Below the pieces are notes generated by a model, which saw only the letters and a program-made list of their open reading frames with translations, had not been told where the DNA came from and did no database searches. Shown piece after piece: positions 37,956-47,146 of a stretch of 64,000 nt of DNA. The first letter of the stretch is position 1; the number at the start of each line of letters is the position of its first letter. Made by a program: the position numbers and the translations under genes. Origin of the DNA: an uncultured delta proteobacterium (GTDB taxonomy: Bacteria > Desulfobacterota > Binatia > Binatales > Binataceae); the NCBI GenBank assembly GCA_963747115.1, contig CAVVEB010000006.1:138115-202114 (forward strand), in the 5' to 3' direction.

Positions 37956-37983
37956 GAGTTGGCGAAATTGCTCCGCGTAGGTC

Positions 37984-38394
37984 CTACTTCGGAAGGCTGA
38001 CGATCCGGCTGGAGTTTGCAAGAGTCGTTAAGGCCAGGACTTCCGGATGCGTCGCTCTGAGATTTTTACCTCCCGAGCTTCGCCTGAGCACGACGTGAGC
38101 ACCGGGTGGCCAATTCGGATCGGGATCGCTATCGAACGTACAGCCGGTTCGCTTGACGGTTTCGTCGGCATCAAGTTCGACAATTCCGTGGTTTACGAAT
38201 TTGGTTTGCAAGTTGGCATCAAGGTAAGCGTCCACTATTTTTTCGTCTACCAACGATGCTCGAACCAGCGAAACCTGTCCGATGAAGGCCGCTTCCATGA
38301 TGGTAGTTCGCCGGCCTGAAGCATCGACTGGAAACCAATCGTCTTGCAGCATTCGCCACAGTTTCTCGCCGGATGCGACCGCGCCACCGCCCAA
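37984..38394 (-). CDS. Hypothetical protein
   Basis: 136-aa ORF in a lower-GC patch. No family recognised. Confidence 0.3.
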   Translation of the reverse strand: MGGGAVASGEKLWRMLQDDWFPVDASGRRTTIMEAAFIGQVSLVRASLVDEKIVDAYLDANLQTKFVNHGIVELDADETVKRTGCTFDSDPDPNWPPGAHVVLRRSSGGKNLRATHPEVLALTTLANSSRIVSLPK

Positions 38395-38433
38395 TAACGG
38401 TCTCCCGCCTATCCTTCAATTCTGAATATGTTT

Positions 38434-38871
38434 TTATTCGAGAAGGAAATCAGCCAGCGCGGCGACCTGGTGAAGGGTTTTTACACCACCACTTTTCACT
38501 TTCGATGGGTCAGCGCCGACAAAGAGATATTCGATACTCTGATCCGGATAAACGAACAGCGAGAACTCGCGTCCGCCGCTACTCCATTTCAATTGAATCC
38601 CACCTTCCGAGGTGGCGGCAATCAACGGATTCGGTAACGGGTTGCGAACGGACGTGACAAATCGCTCCGCGACTTCCTTAGCGGTCTTCACCACATCGTT
38701 GGCGGGCCGATGCGCGGTCCAACTATCGGAACCGCTCGGCAGATTCGCTTGCAGGCTTGCGAGTTTTTCCTCGATGAACATCCGCCAACGCTCATCGCGC
38801 CCTTCTCGCCGTAGGCCGCGCGGAACACTGCTCATCAGATTATTATAAGGCGCCGGCAGCCGGTGGCGCAA
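38434..38871 (-). CDS. Hypothetical protein
   Basis: 145-aa ORF (start uncertain; internal Met candidates exist) in the same lower-GC patch. No family recognised. Confidence 0.3.
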   Translation of the reverse strand: MRHRLPAPYNNLMSSVPRGLRREGRDERWRMFIEEKLASLQANLPSGSDSWTAHRPANDVVKTAKEVAERFVTSVRNPLPNPLIAATSEGGIQLKWSSGGREFSLFVYPDQSIEYLFVGADPSKVKSGGVKTLHQVAALADFLLE

Positions 38872-38938
38872 TTACAGCGCCAGGCGTGAGCGCTTCACAA
38901 TGGGTCAAGGCGGTTTCGCTCATGAGTTAGCGCGGCCG

Positions 38939-39559
38939 TTAAGAAACCGAGCGGAGGATCCGATACAGCGGTTCGAGTTCGCTCCAGGCGTCGAGCAGTT
39001 CCGCGCGATCGAGTCGCACAGAATCCCTCACACTCCAACCGAATCCCACATCGAGGACGCCGGTTTTTTTATCGATGGCCTCACCGACAGTTTCGAAAAA
39101 TTTCTGGTCCGCCGCGACGGTCGGCGGGAGTCGTTTGAAATCCCATTTCTCGTAGTGCGAGATCTTGGTGCCGCGAAACGATCGCGCCAGCTCCGCGGCC
39201 TTCGCGCGAATTTTCGTGCCCATCTCCGGACGATGGTCCGCTTCGGTCTTCACCACCGCGCGCGCGTGCAAGCCGGCGCCGGAAATACATAGCGCGAGAT
39301 ACCCGTAGCGCTTGTAACCTTTGGGCGAGGGACCGAAGGCCGCCCAGGTCTCAGCGGGAGGATTCACCGTGCGGCGCGCGTGTTTGGCGACATGCGGAAA
39401 AAACTCGACGTGAAGTTTTCGCGACAGCTCGGGCGCGAGCTCTTTGCCGAGTTTCACCAGCCGCGGACGAATGTGCCGATAGATGAGGCCCATCCGCGCG
39501 CTGAACTCATCGACGGAAAAAATCGCGAAGTCACCCGGCTTGAATCCAACGGTCGGCAA
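38939..39559 (-). CDS. YktB / DUF1054 (UPF0637) family protein
   Basis: GFKPGDFAIFSVDEFSARMGLIYRHIRPRLVKLGKEL...FPHVAKHARRTVNPPAETWAAFG...GYKRYGYLALCIS matches the family pattern. Confidence 0.7.
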   Translation of the reverse strand: MPTVGFKPGDFAIFSVDEFSARMGLIYRHIRPRLVKLGKELAPELSRKLHVEFFPHVAKHARRTVNPPAETWAAFGPSPKGYKRYGYLALCISGAGLHARAVVKTEADHRPEMGTKIRAKAAELARSFRGTKISHYEKWDFKRLPPTVAADQKFFETVGEAIDKKTGVLDVGFGWSVRDSVRLDRAELLDAWSELEPLYRILRSVS

Positions 39560-39571
39560 AACCCTGCTCCC

Positions 39572-40051
39572 CTATTTCTGACGCTTCGCCTTATAGTCCG
39601 AAATATTAGCTTCCCAGTTCTGCCCGTCGAAAAATTCGATGGTCAATGATTTGCGATCAACGCCCTCGAGGCATCGCACATTGACGTCAACCTTGTCGGG
39701 ATCGGAGCGCGGAATATAAAAAGACGCGATGCCGCAGGTGGGGCAGAAGTGATGCTTCGCGACACCGGTGTTGAAGGTGTAGGTCGCGAGGTCATCGGGC
39801 GGTGTCAGCAGCCGGAACGCGTCGCGCGCGACGACCCAATGCAGATAGCCCTTCTTCACGCAGATCGAACAGTTGCACTCGCTCGCCTTGCGCAAGTCGC
39901 CGGTGACCTGGAATTTTACGCGGCCGCAATGGCATCCGCCTCGGTAGATCTGTTCGCTGGAAACGCTCGCCACCGGAAACACCTCGCATCGAAAGTGCGA
40001 GAAGTTTAGTCCCGCGATCTCGCACATCGCAACGCCGCCGCGCCGCCGCAT
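39572..40051 (-). CDS. GFA / CENP-V family protein (glutathione-dependent formaldehyde-activating-like)
   Basis: Zn-binding Cys pattern GGCHCGRVKF...CNCSICVKKGYLH...FCPTCG. The start codon is uncertain (alternative ATG at 40027). Confidence 0.75.
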   Translation of the reverse strand: MRRRGGVAMCEIAGLNFSHFRCEVFPVASVSSEQIYRGGCHCGRVKFQVTGDLRKASECNCSICVKKGYLHWVVARDAFRLLTPPDDLATYTFNTGVAKHHFCPTCGIASFYIPRSDPDKVDVNVRCLEGVDRKSLTIEFFDGQNWEANISDYKAKRQK

Positions 40052-40106
40052 AGTAGCGGTGATCGCGAGCTATTGAGAAAAAATTCCGGAAGCGAAAAAA
40101 ATCAGA

Positions 40107-40358
40107 TCAGGTTGCGATCAAAATGACGGGGCGCTTCGAACTTTTGCGGGCCTCGGGCGCGCGACGGATTACTTTTGCGCGACTGGTGGACTTCGGATCG
40201 GATTCGGCGGCCGCGTCGGCAGTACCGTTCGCGCGGGTCGCCTGACCGGGCGAATACCAGGGGGTGACGGCGGCAGGAATCGGCTTGGTGGACACCGCGA
40301 CGGAAGGTGACTTCCGATTGTCGACGACGAATTTCATTCCCGATCGTTTAGCCATCAC
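40107..40358 (-). CDS. Small, probably disordered hypothetical protein
   Basis: 83-aa ORF with GAGG about 8-11 nt upstream of GTG-ATG and reasonable third-position GC. No family. It lies directly downstream of the 11-nt repeat array. Confidence 0.35.
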   Translation of the reverse strand: MMAKRSGMKFVVDNRKSPSVAVSTKPIPAAVTPWYSPGQATRANGTADAAAESDPKSTSRAKVIRRAPEARKSSKRPVILIAT

Positions 40359-40410
40359 GCCGCTACCTCGGCGCTACAGACGGTGACATAAATCCTACCG
40401 TGCGGCAAAC

Positions 40411-40476
40411 TCGAGCTACATCGGAATGACACCCGAGCGACCCCGAGCAACACCCGAGCAACATCCGAGCAACATC
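40411..40476. repeat. Six phased 10-11-nt units: TCGAGCTACA / TCGGAATGACA / CCCGAGCGAC / CCCGAGCAACA / CCCGAGCAACA / TCCGAGCAACA
   Basis: Read directly from the sequence. The period is about one helical turn. It sits 50-120 nt upstream of the 40358 start. Confidence 0.7.
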
Positions 40477-40562
40477 GGCGCGCCCGAATGCACGATAAAG
40501 GTTCATAAAGCCAGTAAAAATGGCTGTCTTATAGATGTTAATGCTTCTTTAAGCTAGCACCC

Positions 40563-41363
40563 CTACTGCTGCAATTTGCGCGCGACCACGATCGCGAGGC
40601 GCTGGGTAAAGTGCAATTCGCCATCGATTCGCGTCGGATGCGCACCGCTCAGATCCTCCGCGAGGTCGCGCTCGATCATCGCGCGCGCTTCGGCGGCGCG
40701 GTCGTCCGGCGTATGGCTCGACTTGAACCACGCCTCGACCGGATTTTTGATGACCGAAGATTCGAAGCGCGTGATCTCCACTCCGGCCGCGGCCACCGTC
40801 TTCACCAGCTCGCTAAGCGACAGCGCCCGCGTATGCGAAGTGTCGCGCAGCCGCTCGAAGCGATTGTAATATTCCGCGCGCCGCGGATGCTCGCTCGAGA
40901 TCAAATCCTCGACCGCGACCGTGCCGCCGACGCGGCAGACGCGGCTCATCTCGGCGATGACTGCGGCCGGGTTTTGAAAATGATGAACCGCGAAACGGCA
41001 GAACACCACGTCGAATTCATTGTCGCCAAACGGCAGATGTTCCGCGTCGCCAATTCTGAAACTCACATTCTTGAGGCCGCGCTCATCGCGCATCCGCTCG
41101 GCGATTTTCAACGGCGCCTCGGTCAAATCGACGCCGACCACTTCGCGCGCGATTTTCGCGAAGGCCATAGCGACATGACCGGGACCGGTCGCGACTTCGA
41201 GCACGCGCGCCTCCGGGCGCGGATGGATCGCGTTGAGCAACCTTTCGATGTGCTCGAGATCGCGGATGACGGGCGAGGCAGCGTACTCATCGGCCTGCCG
41301 CGTGAATTCCTCGCGGATCAAATCCTTGTGCTGCGAGTCGGAAGGCGAGCGCTCAGAAACCAT
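40563..41363 (-). CDS. Class I SAM-dependent methyltransferase
   Basis: Motif I VLEVATGPGHVA; post-I VGVDLT; FDVVFCRFAVHHF. I place the start at the ATG at 41363, behind AGGAGG. Confidence 0.8.
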   Translation of the reverse strand: MVSERSPSDSQHKDLIREEFTRQADEYAASPVIRDLEHIERLLNAIHPRPEARVLEVATGPGHVAMAFAKIAREVVGVDLTEAPLKIAERMRDERGLKNVSFRIGDAEHLPFGDNEFDVVFCRFAVHHFQNPAAVIAEMSRVCRVGGTVAVEDLISSEHPRRAEYYNRFERLRDTSHTRALSLSELVKTVAAAGVEITRFESSVIKNPVEAWFKSSHTPDDRAAEARAMIERDLAEDLSGAHPTRIDGELHFTQRLAIVVARKLQQ

Positions 41364-41571
41364 GCGAGAAACTCCTCCTGGGTGACGCCTCATTGTGGTG
41401 CGGAAACCCGCGCCCATCAAGCGAAAACGCGAATTTGAGCGATGGCCACGGGCGCCGCGCGGGTCTTTGAGCTTGCGCACTTTTAGCAGTTAATGGTAGC
41501 TGAGACATAGATTCGAGCCGGGCTCACCCCAGCGGGATTCCAGCCTCGGAAATCAATGGAGGAATACCAAG

Positions 41572-42699
41572 TTGGATTTCGGATTTTCAGAAGAACAGGA
41601 AATGTTGCGCGATGCGGCCAAGCGATTTCTGGCTGACAATTGTCCCACCACGTTCGTACGCAAAATGATGGCGGACGCCACCGGTCACGATAAGGATTTC
41701 TGGAAAAAGCTGGTCGAGCTCGGATGGCCCGGACTGCTGATCCCGGAAAAGTTCGGCGGACAAGGCGGAAGCTTTCTCGACATGACCGTCATCGCCGAGG
41801 AAGCCGGCAAGGCGCTGGTGCCGGGCCCATTTTTCACCTCGGCATTGCTCGGGGTGCCGCTCGCGCTCGAGGGCGGCTCCGAGGAGCAGAAGAAAGACGT
41901 CCTGCCGCGGATGGCCAAGGGCGAGTTCATCGGGACGCTGGCGCTGGCCGAGGCCGCGGGCCGCTTTGACGCGGAAGGAGTTCAGCTCAAGGCGACCAGG
42001 AGCGGCAACGACTACATCATCACCGGGGAGAAGTTTTTCGTGCCGGATGCGCATGTCGCAAACGGGATGGCGGTCGCGGTACGCACCGGCGGCAGTGGCG
42101 AAAAAGGGATCACGATTGTGATAGTGCCGACTAATGCGAAGGGCGTCACCATCACCCAGCTCAAAACCGTCGACATGACTCGGCGCCTGTGCCACGTGAA
42201 ATTCGACAACGTGAAAGCCGCCGGCACCCTCGGCAAAGAGGGCGAGGGCTGGCCGATTCTGCGCCGCGTGCTGGATATCGCCACGGCCGGGCTTTCCGCA
42301 GAAATGGTCGGCACCGCGCAGAAGGCGCTCGATCTGTCGGTCGAGTATGCGAAGACGCGGGTGCAGTTCGGCAAGCCCATCGGCTCATTTCAGGCGGTGA
42401 AGCATAAGTGCGTCGACATGATGGTCGCGGTCGAGAACGCGCGCTCGCTCACCTACTACGCGTGCTGGACCGTCGACGAAAAAACCCCGGAAGCCGCGAC
42501 CGCGGTTCCGATGGCGAAAGCGTACGCCTCCGACATGGCGAAAAACGTGACCTCGGAAGCGATTCAGGTCCACGGCGGCATCGGATTCACCTGGGAGCAC
42601 GATATGCATCTGTTCCATCGCCGCGCGCTCGCGGGTGAAGCGAACCTGGGAAATGCGCCGGTGCATCGGGAGAGTGTCGCGCGCGCCCTGCTCGACTGA
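41572..42699 (+). CDS. Acyl-CoA dehydrogenase
   Basis: 375 aa. Typical ACAD blocks are present, and the C-terminal QVHGGIGFTWEHDMHLFHRRA. Confidence 0.85.
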   Translation: MDFGFSEEQEMLRDAAKRFLADNCPTTFVRKMMADATGHDKDFWKKLVELGWPGLLIPEKFGGQGGSFLDMTVIAEEAGKALVPGPFFTSALLGVPLALEGGSEEQKKDVLPRMAKGEFIGTLALAEAAGRFDAEGVQLKATRSGNDYIITGEKFFVPDAHVANGMAVAVRTGGSGEKGITIVIVPTNAKGVTITQLKTVDMTRRLCHVKFDNVKAAGTLGKEGEGWPILRRVLDIATAGLSAEMVGTAQKALDLSVEYAKTRVQFGKPIGSFQAVKHKCVDMMVAVENARSLTYYACWTVDEKTPEAATAVPMAKAYASDMAKNVTSEAIQVHGGIGFTWEHDMHLFHRRALAGEANLGNAPVHRESVARALLD

Positions 42700-43064
42700 A
42701 GATCCACGCTCATGCGAGAGCGCCGCAGCCATCGGGCGGCGGCGTTTTCCTTTTCCCCAGCAGACAATCGTTGCGATGAACCGCTGCCAGGCGTGCGTGT
42801 GAAGCGATGTTCCAGGAAGGGCGGGCACGTCGGGTTTTCACGCCTGGGGAAGCGTCAACGCAGCATTGGTCCGCTGGGGGGGTCAGCGTCCCGCCGCGCC
42901 CCGACGTGCCCACATAGCCACAGTATGACTCTTTGTAGGTAAACACGTCAAGAGGGAGTTACGTGAAGTTTCGCATGTCTACCAATGATATGTAGAGTTA
43001 CCGCACGATCCGATGGAAGGTTTCTTTTGCGCAAACTTCACTTTCGCTTTATGGTCGATTTCCA

Positions 43065-44225
43065 ATGGAAAAGCTTATCGAAATGGCAGCTATATCGGCG
43101 TTGGCGCCGGAGATCAGTTCGCGGTCGCGCGAGTTCGAGTCGGTCCGCCGGTTGCCCGCCGATCTCGCGCGCAAGCTGGCCGAGGCCGGGCTGTTCAGAA
43201 GCGCGATCGCGAAAGTATATGGCGGCACGGAGCTAACTCCCGCCGACTCGATTCGTCTGATCGAAGAGGTTTCTCGCGCCGATGGGTCGGTAGGATGGTG
43301 CGTCATGATCGGGAGCGTGACTGGAGTGCTTTCCGGTTTTCTCCCTGAAAAATCGGCGCGCGAAATTTATGGATCCGATCCATTGGTGATAACCGCCGGC
43401 GCGGTAGCTCCGAGCGGACGGGCAGTTACCACCGACGGCGGGTATATCGTGAACGGGCGCTGGCAGTGGGGCAGCGTAACCCAGAACTGCAACTGGATCG
43501 TCGGTGGGTCGCTGGTCCTTGAAGGGGGTCAGCCGCGACTTTATCCGAGCGGCGATCCCGAGATCCGCCTGATGCTCTTTTCGGCGGAGCAGGTTGAGAT
43601 TCTCGATAGCTGGGATTCATCGGGATTGCGCGGAACCGGCAGTCATGATTTCCAGGTAAAAGACGCGTTCGTGCCGGCCGATCGATCGATCGCGCTGGGC
43701 GTCGCGCCTCCCGTGGTAAAAACTCCGCTCTATAGATTCCCCTTCATCGGTTTGCTCGCGATTGGAGTATGCGGTGTGTCGCTCGGCATCGCGCGGCGCG
43801 CGATCGATGAGTTCATCGATCTCGCGAACAAAAAAACTCCGACCTGGGAGCGCCGCCCAATCGCGCAATCGGCGCGCGTACAGGAGCGCGTGGCTGAGGC
43901 CGAAGCCGCGCTGCGCTCATCACGAGCGTTCCTGTTCGAGGCGATTGGCGCCGCGTGGGAGGCGGCATCGGCCGGCAGAGATCCCTCGCTGGAAATGCGC
44001 CGCGATATCCGGCTCGCGGCTGCAAATGTGTCGTGGCAAGCGGTGAAAGCGGTGGATCAGATGTACTCGATGGGCGGCGGATCAGTCGTGCATTCGAGCA
44101 ATCCGATTCAACGATGCTTCCGCGATGTCCACGTCATCACCCAGCACGTGATGGTCAATCGCAGCGTTTACGAAACGGCGGGAAAGCTGTTTCTGGGCTT
44201 ATCGCCCGATTCGTTCTTTCTCTAG
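43065..44225 (+). CDS. Acyl-CoA dehydrogenase-family flavoprotein (oxidoreductase/monooxygenase-like branch)
   Basis: 386 aa. GSVGWCVMIGS, GRWQWGSV, WDSSGLRGTGSHDFQV, IQRCFRDVHVITQH. Confidence 0.7.
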   Translation: MEKLIEMAAISALAPEISSRSREFESVRRLPADLARKLAEAGLFRSAIAKVYGGTELTPADSIRLIEEVSRADGSVGWCVMIGSVTGVLSGFLPEKSAREIYGSDPLVITAGAVAPSGRAVTTDGGYIVNGRWQWGSVTQNCNWIVGGSLVLEGGQPRLYPSGDPEIRLMLFSAEQVEILDSWDSSGLRGTGSHDFQVKDAFVPADRSIALGVAPPVVKTPLYRFPFIGLLAIGVCGVSLGIARRAIDEFIDLANKKTPTWERRPIAQSARVQERVAEAEAALRSSRAFLFEAIGAAWEAASAGRDPSLEMRRDIRLAAANVSWQAVKAVDQMYSMGGGSVVHSSNPIQRCFRDVHVITQHVMVNRSVYETAGKLFLGLSPDSFFL

Positions 44226-44241
44226 AGACCGCGCCGTGTGT

Positions 44242-44261
44242 CTGAATGGTTGCGGGAGAAG
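44242..44261 (-). repeat. 20-nt copy of the 3' end of tRNA-fMet (att-like direct repeat)
   Basis: TGAATGGTTGCGGGAGAAGG (44242-44261) versus TGAATGGTTGCGGGGGAAGG (46942-46961): one mismatch. The second copy covers the T-stem 3' half, the acceptor 3' strand, CCA and 4 flanking nt of the intact tRNA. Confidence 0.8.
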
Positions 44262-44418
44262 GCTCACAGTTGCGCATCGCGCGGATCGCCAAACGCGCCT
44301 TCAGAACGGCCATCCCAACCCGACGCTAGCTTTCTGAGCGGGCGCGGTCGTTCGACGGTCCGACAAATGCCTAAACTGAGGGAGCCCTGCAATCGCTCCA
44401 GATGAAGACACGCCTATC

Positions 44419-44952
44419 TCAAGACTGTTTGTTGTTGGCCTTCGGATAACCCTTAGCCCGCGCGACCAGGGCGCGCAACGAACTTAGTTTCTGCACAGTC
44501 GCCAGCAACGATCGCGACGTACGCGACAGTTCGTAGGAAAGTGACTTTTCGAATACTCCCTCAACCGCAACCATCCCTAGTTCCTTGGCGTTCTGGTCAA
44601 TTGCGTTTTGAATCGTATCGATTTGACGGAGCACGACGCTGCGGTCGAACTCGAACCACTTGCGCTCAAGTCTGGGGCTGATATCCAAGCTGACAGACCG
44701 GGCAGCCCGTTTATCAACGGGATCCGTTCTGGGTTGAGCATTCTGGACCATGGAACGGTAAACACCTCTATTTCTCTTGGATTGCGTATCATTGCCCAGC
44801 TTTAGCAGCACCGATGCCAACCCTCGGTCAGCAAAAATGCGAGAAAACATAGACTCTCGCACGGCACGAAGTCGCAATTTGCAACTGTGTTTGGTTGAGA
44901 CTCCAACATCACGTTGTCGATACGGCGAAATTTTGGTGGCGCTACGTTCCAC
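44419..44952 (-). CDS. Hypothetical protein (islet cargo)
   Basis: 177-aa ORF (start uncertain) in lower-GC sequence. No family recognised. Confidence 0.3.
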   Translation of the reverse strand: MERSATKISPYRQRDVGVSTKHSCKLRLRAVRESMFSRIFADRGLASVLLKLGNDTQSKRNRGVYRSMVQNAQPRTDPVDKRAARSVSLDISPRLERKWFEFDRSVVLRQIDTIQNAIDQNAKELGMVAVEGVFEKSLSYELSRTSRSLLATVQKLSSLRALVARAKGYPKANNKQS

Positions 44953-45139
44953 ACACTGTCGACCAGCTATATTTGTCTTTGTCAGCTTGATTGACGCTAT
45001 TCATTTCCTAACCGTCGTGCTACGGTTCGGCCGTGGCGGCATGTGAGCAGACTGTTGACATGAAGACAACTTTGTAAGACGACCGATACCGGCAACGACG
45101 CACTTTCGCCGGATTCGCGACACCAGTCCTGAGCGAAGG

Positions 45140-46906
45140 ATGGCGAGAGCTATCGTGGAAAGCCCCGCGAGGCGGACAGGAATCAGCGTGGTGGGCGACA
45201 TGGCCTGGGGCACGCATTTCTGCCACTTCTACAACACCAAGGACGATCTCCTCGAAACTCTGGTTCCCTATTTCAAGGCCGGGTTAGAAAGCAACGAGCT
45301 GTGCCTATGGGTGCTCTCCGAGCCTCTGACTGAGCAGGAGATAAGCGATGCCATGGAAGGAGCTCTGGCAGGATTTGACAAGTACCTTGGCGAGCGGCGT
45401 ATCGAAGTGTTCGGCGACCGAGGTTGGTACTTCAACGACGGCGTGCTCAATCTGAAGCGAACCGCGCTGGGTTGGGAGGAGAAACTCAAGCATGCATTGG
45501 CGAGCGGCTTCGACGGCCTGAGGGTGGCCGGAAATACTGCCTGGCTTGGAAAAAGGGATTGGAACGACTTCTCCGAATACGAGAAAGAGCTCAACGAATC
45601 GATGGTCAATCGGCGCATGATCTGCCTCTGTAGCTATCCAATGCAGACCTGCGGAGCGGCGGAAGTCCTCGATGTGACGCGGACGCATCAGTTTGCGGTA
45701 GCGCGGCGACACGGAATTTGGGAGGTGGTCGAAACCGCCGAGCTCAAGCAAGCGAAATCCGAGATAAAGCGGCTCAATGACGAACTCGAGCAGCGGGTCG
45801 CCGAACGGACTCGGGAACTGACGGAAGCCAACCTGCAGCTCAGACGGGCACTGGAAGAGATCGACAAACTGCGCGAGCGCCTGGAGTCGGAGAACGCTTA
45901 TCTGCGCGAGGAGATCAAGGAAGCTTCAGGCAGTAGCACTATACTGGGCAACAGCGAAGGCACTCGTCGCGCGCTCGAGCTCATCGAGATGGTCGCGCCG
46001 ACCGACGCCACCGTACTCATTTCTGGCGAGACCGGCGTCGGCAAGGAACTGATCGCCCGCGCGATTCACGAGCGCAGCCCCCGGCAAGATCATCCACTGA
46101 TCAAGGTCAACTGTACAGCCGTCCCACGCGAGCTGTTCGAGAGTGAGTTTTTTGGCCACGTGAGGGGCGCCTTCACCGGAGCGATGCGAGACCGGATCGG
46201 CCGCTTTCAACTGGCCGACGGTGGCACCCTGTTTCTCGACGAGGTCGGCGATCTGCCACCGGAGATGCAACCCAAGCTGCTACGCGTCCTGCAGGACGGC
46301 GAGTTTGAGCGCATCGGCGACGACAAGACGCACCGCGCCAATGTGCGCATCATCGGCGCCACCAATCGCGACCTCAGGAAAGCGGTTCGCGAGGGACAGT
46401 TTCGCGAGGACCTCTACTATCGCCTCAGCGTGTTCCCAATCGAGGTGCTTCCGCTACGGGAGCGCAAGGAGGACATCCCTATCTTCGCAAAATTTTTCCT
46501 TGAATCGGCATGCAGACGCTTCGATCGAGCTGGCCTGGTATTGACTGACGGCCAGCTCCGTCAGTTGCTCAATTACGATTGGCCGGGGAACGTTCGGGAG
46601 CTTCAGAACGTCATCGATCGCGCCGTAATAACGGCCCGTCTCGGCTCACTTCATTTCGACATCGGTGAAGGCACGGAAGCACGGCCGCCGGCGGAGCCGG
46701 CGCACGCCAAGAGTCCGTCATCCGAAACGATAGATATCTTCACAGCCGAGGAAATGAAGCGCCGCGAGCGCGAAAACCTGATAGCGGCGCTAAAACGTAG
46801 CAATGGCAGAATTTACGGACCCGGCGGGGCTGCCGAGCTGCTCGGTATGAAGGCGACCACGCTCAGCGCGCGCATCAACAAGTTGGGCCTTAAGAAGCTT
46901 TCCTAA
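45140..46906 (+). CDS. Sigma-54-dependent transcriptional activator with an N-terminal MEDS sensory domain
   Basis: MEDS-like start: GTHFCHFYNTKDDLLETLVPYFKAGLESNELCLWV. A coiled-coil linker follows. AAA+ module: GETGVGKELIARAIH, GAFTGA, GGTLFLDEVGDL, FREDLYYRL. C-terminal Fis-type HTH: AAELLGMKATTLSARINKLGL. Confidence 0.85.
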   Translation: MARAIVESPARRTGISVVGDMAWGTHFCHFYNTKDDLLETLVPYFKAGLESNELCLWVLSEPLTEQEISDAMEGALAGFDKYLGERRIEVFGDRGWYFNDGVLNLKRTALGWEEKLKHALASGFDGLRVAGNTAWLGKRDWNDFSEYEKELNESMVNRRMICLCSYPMQTCGAAEVLDVTRTHQFAVARRHGIWEVVETAELKQAKSEIKRLNDELEQRVAERTRELTEANLQLRRALEEIDKLRERLESENAYLREEIKEASGSSTILGNSEGTRRALELIEMVAPTDATVLISGETGVGKELIARAIHERSPRQDHPLIKVNCTAVPRELFESEFFGHVRGAFTGAMRDRIGRFQLADGGTLFLDEVGDLPPEMQPKLLRVLQDGEFERIGDDKTHRANVRIIGATNRDLRKAVREGQFREDLYYRLSVFPIEVLPLRERKEDIPIFAKFFLESACRRFDRAGLVLTDGQLRQLLNYDWPGNVRELQNVIDRAVITARLGSLHFDIGEGTEARPPAEPAHAKSPSSETIDIFTAEEMKRRERENLIAALKRSNGRIYGPGGAAELLGMKATTLSARINKLGLKKLS

Positions 46907-46945
46907 GTGCGCGACCGGAGCTCTCGCGGCGCTTGGAGAGTTGAA

Positions 46946-47022
46946 TGGTTGCGGGGGAAGGATTTGAACCTTCGACCTCCGGGTTATGAGCCCGGCGAGC
47001 TACCAGACTGCTCCACCCCGCG
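46946..47022 (-). tRNA. Initiator tRNA-fMet (anticodon CAT)
   Basis: The 77-nt minus-strand sequence CGCGGGGTGGAGCAGTCTGGTAGCTCGCCGGGCTCATAACCCGGAGGTCGAAGGTTCAAATCCTTCCCCCGCAACCA folds as a cloverleaf by hand. It has the C1-A72 mismatch and three G-C pairs closing the anticodon stem, both initiator hallmarks. CCA is encoded. Confidence 0.95.
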
Positions 47023-47146
47023 TCGGAATACTAACTGCCGCGGACAACGATGGTCAATAAGGTGAAGCGCGAAAGAGCGCGTAAAATCGCGGTTTTCTGC
47101 GCGATCGTCAGGGTTGACAGTTCCCGATCGCAACCGAAATTGTCGA

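Noticed and set aside
40411-40476. Possibility that the tandem repeats are a CRISPR array or a minisatellite-coded peptide
   Set aside because: The units are only 10-11 nt with no spacers, and no cas genes are present. No ORF of meaningful length spans them.
45209-45223. Sigma-54 promoter-like GGCACGCATTTCTGC
   Set aside because: It lies inside the coding region of the activator gene itself. The GG-to-GC spacing is one nt longer than consensus, and the -12 element is TCTGC, not TTGC.
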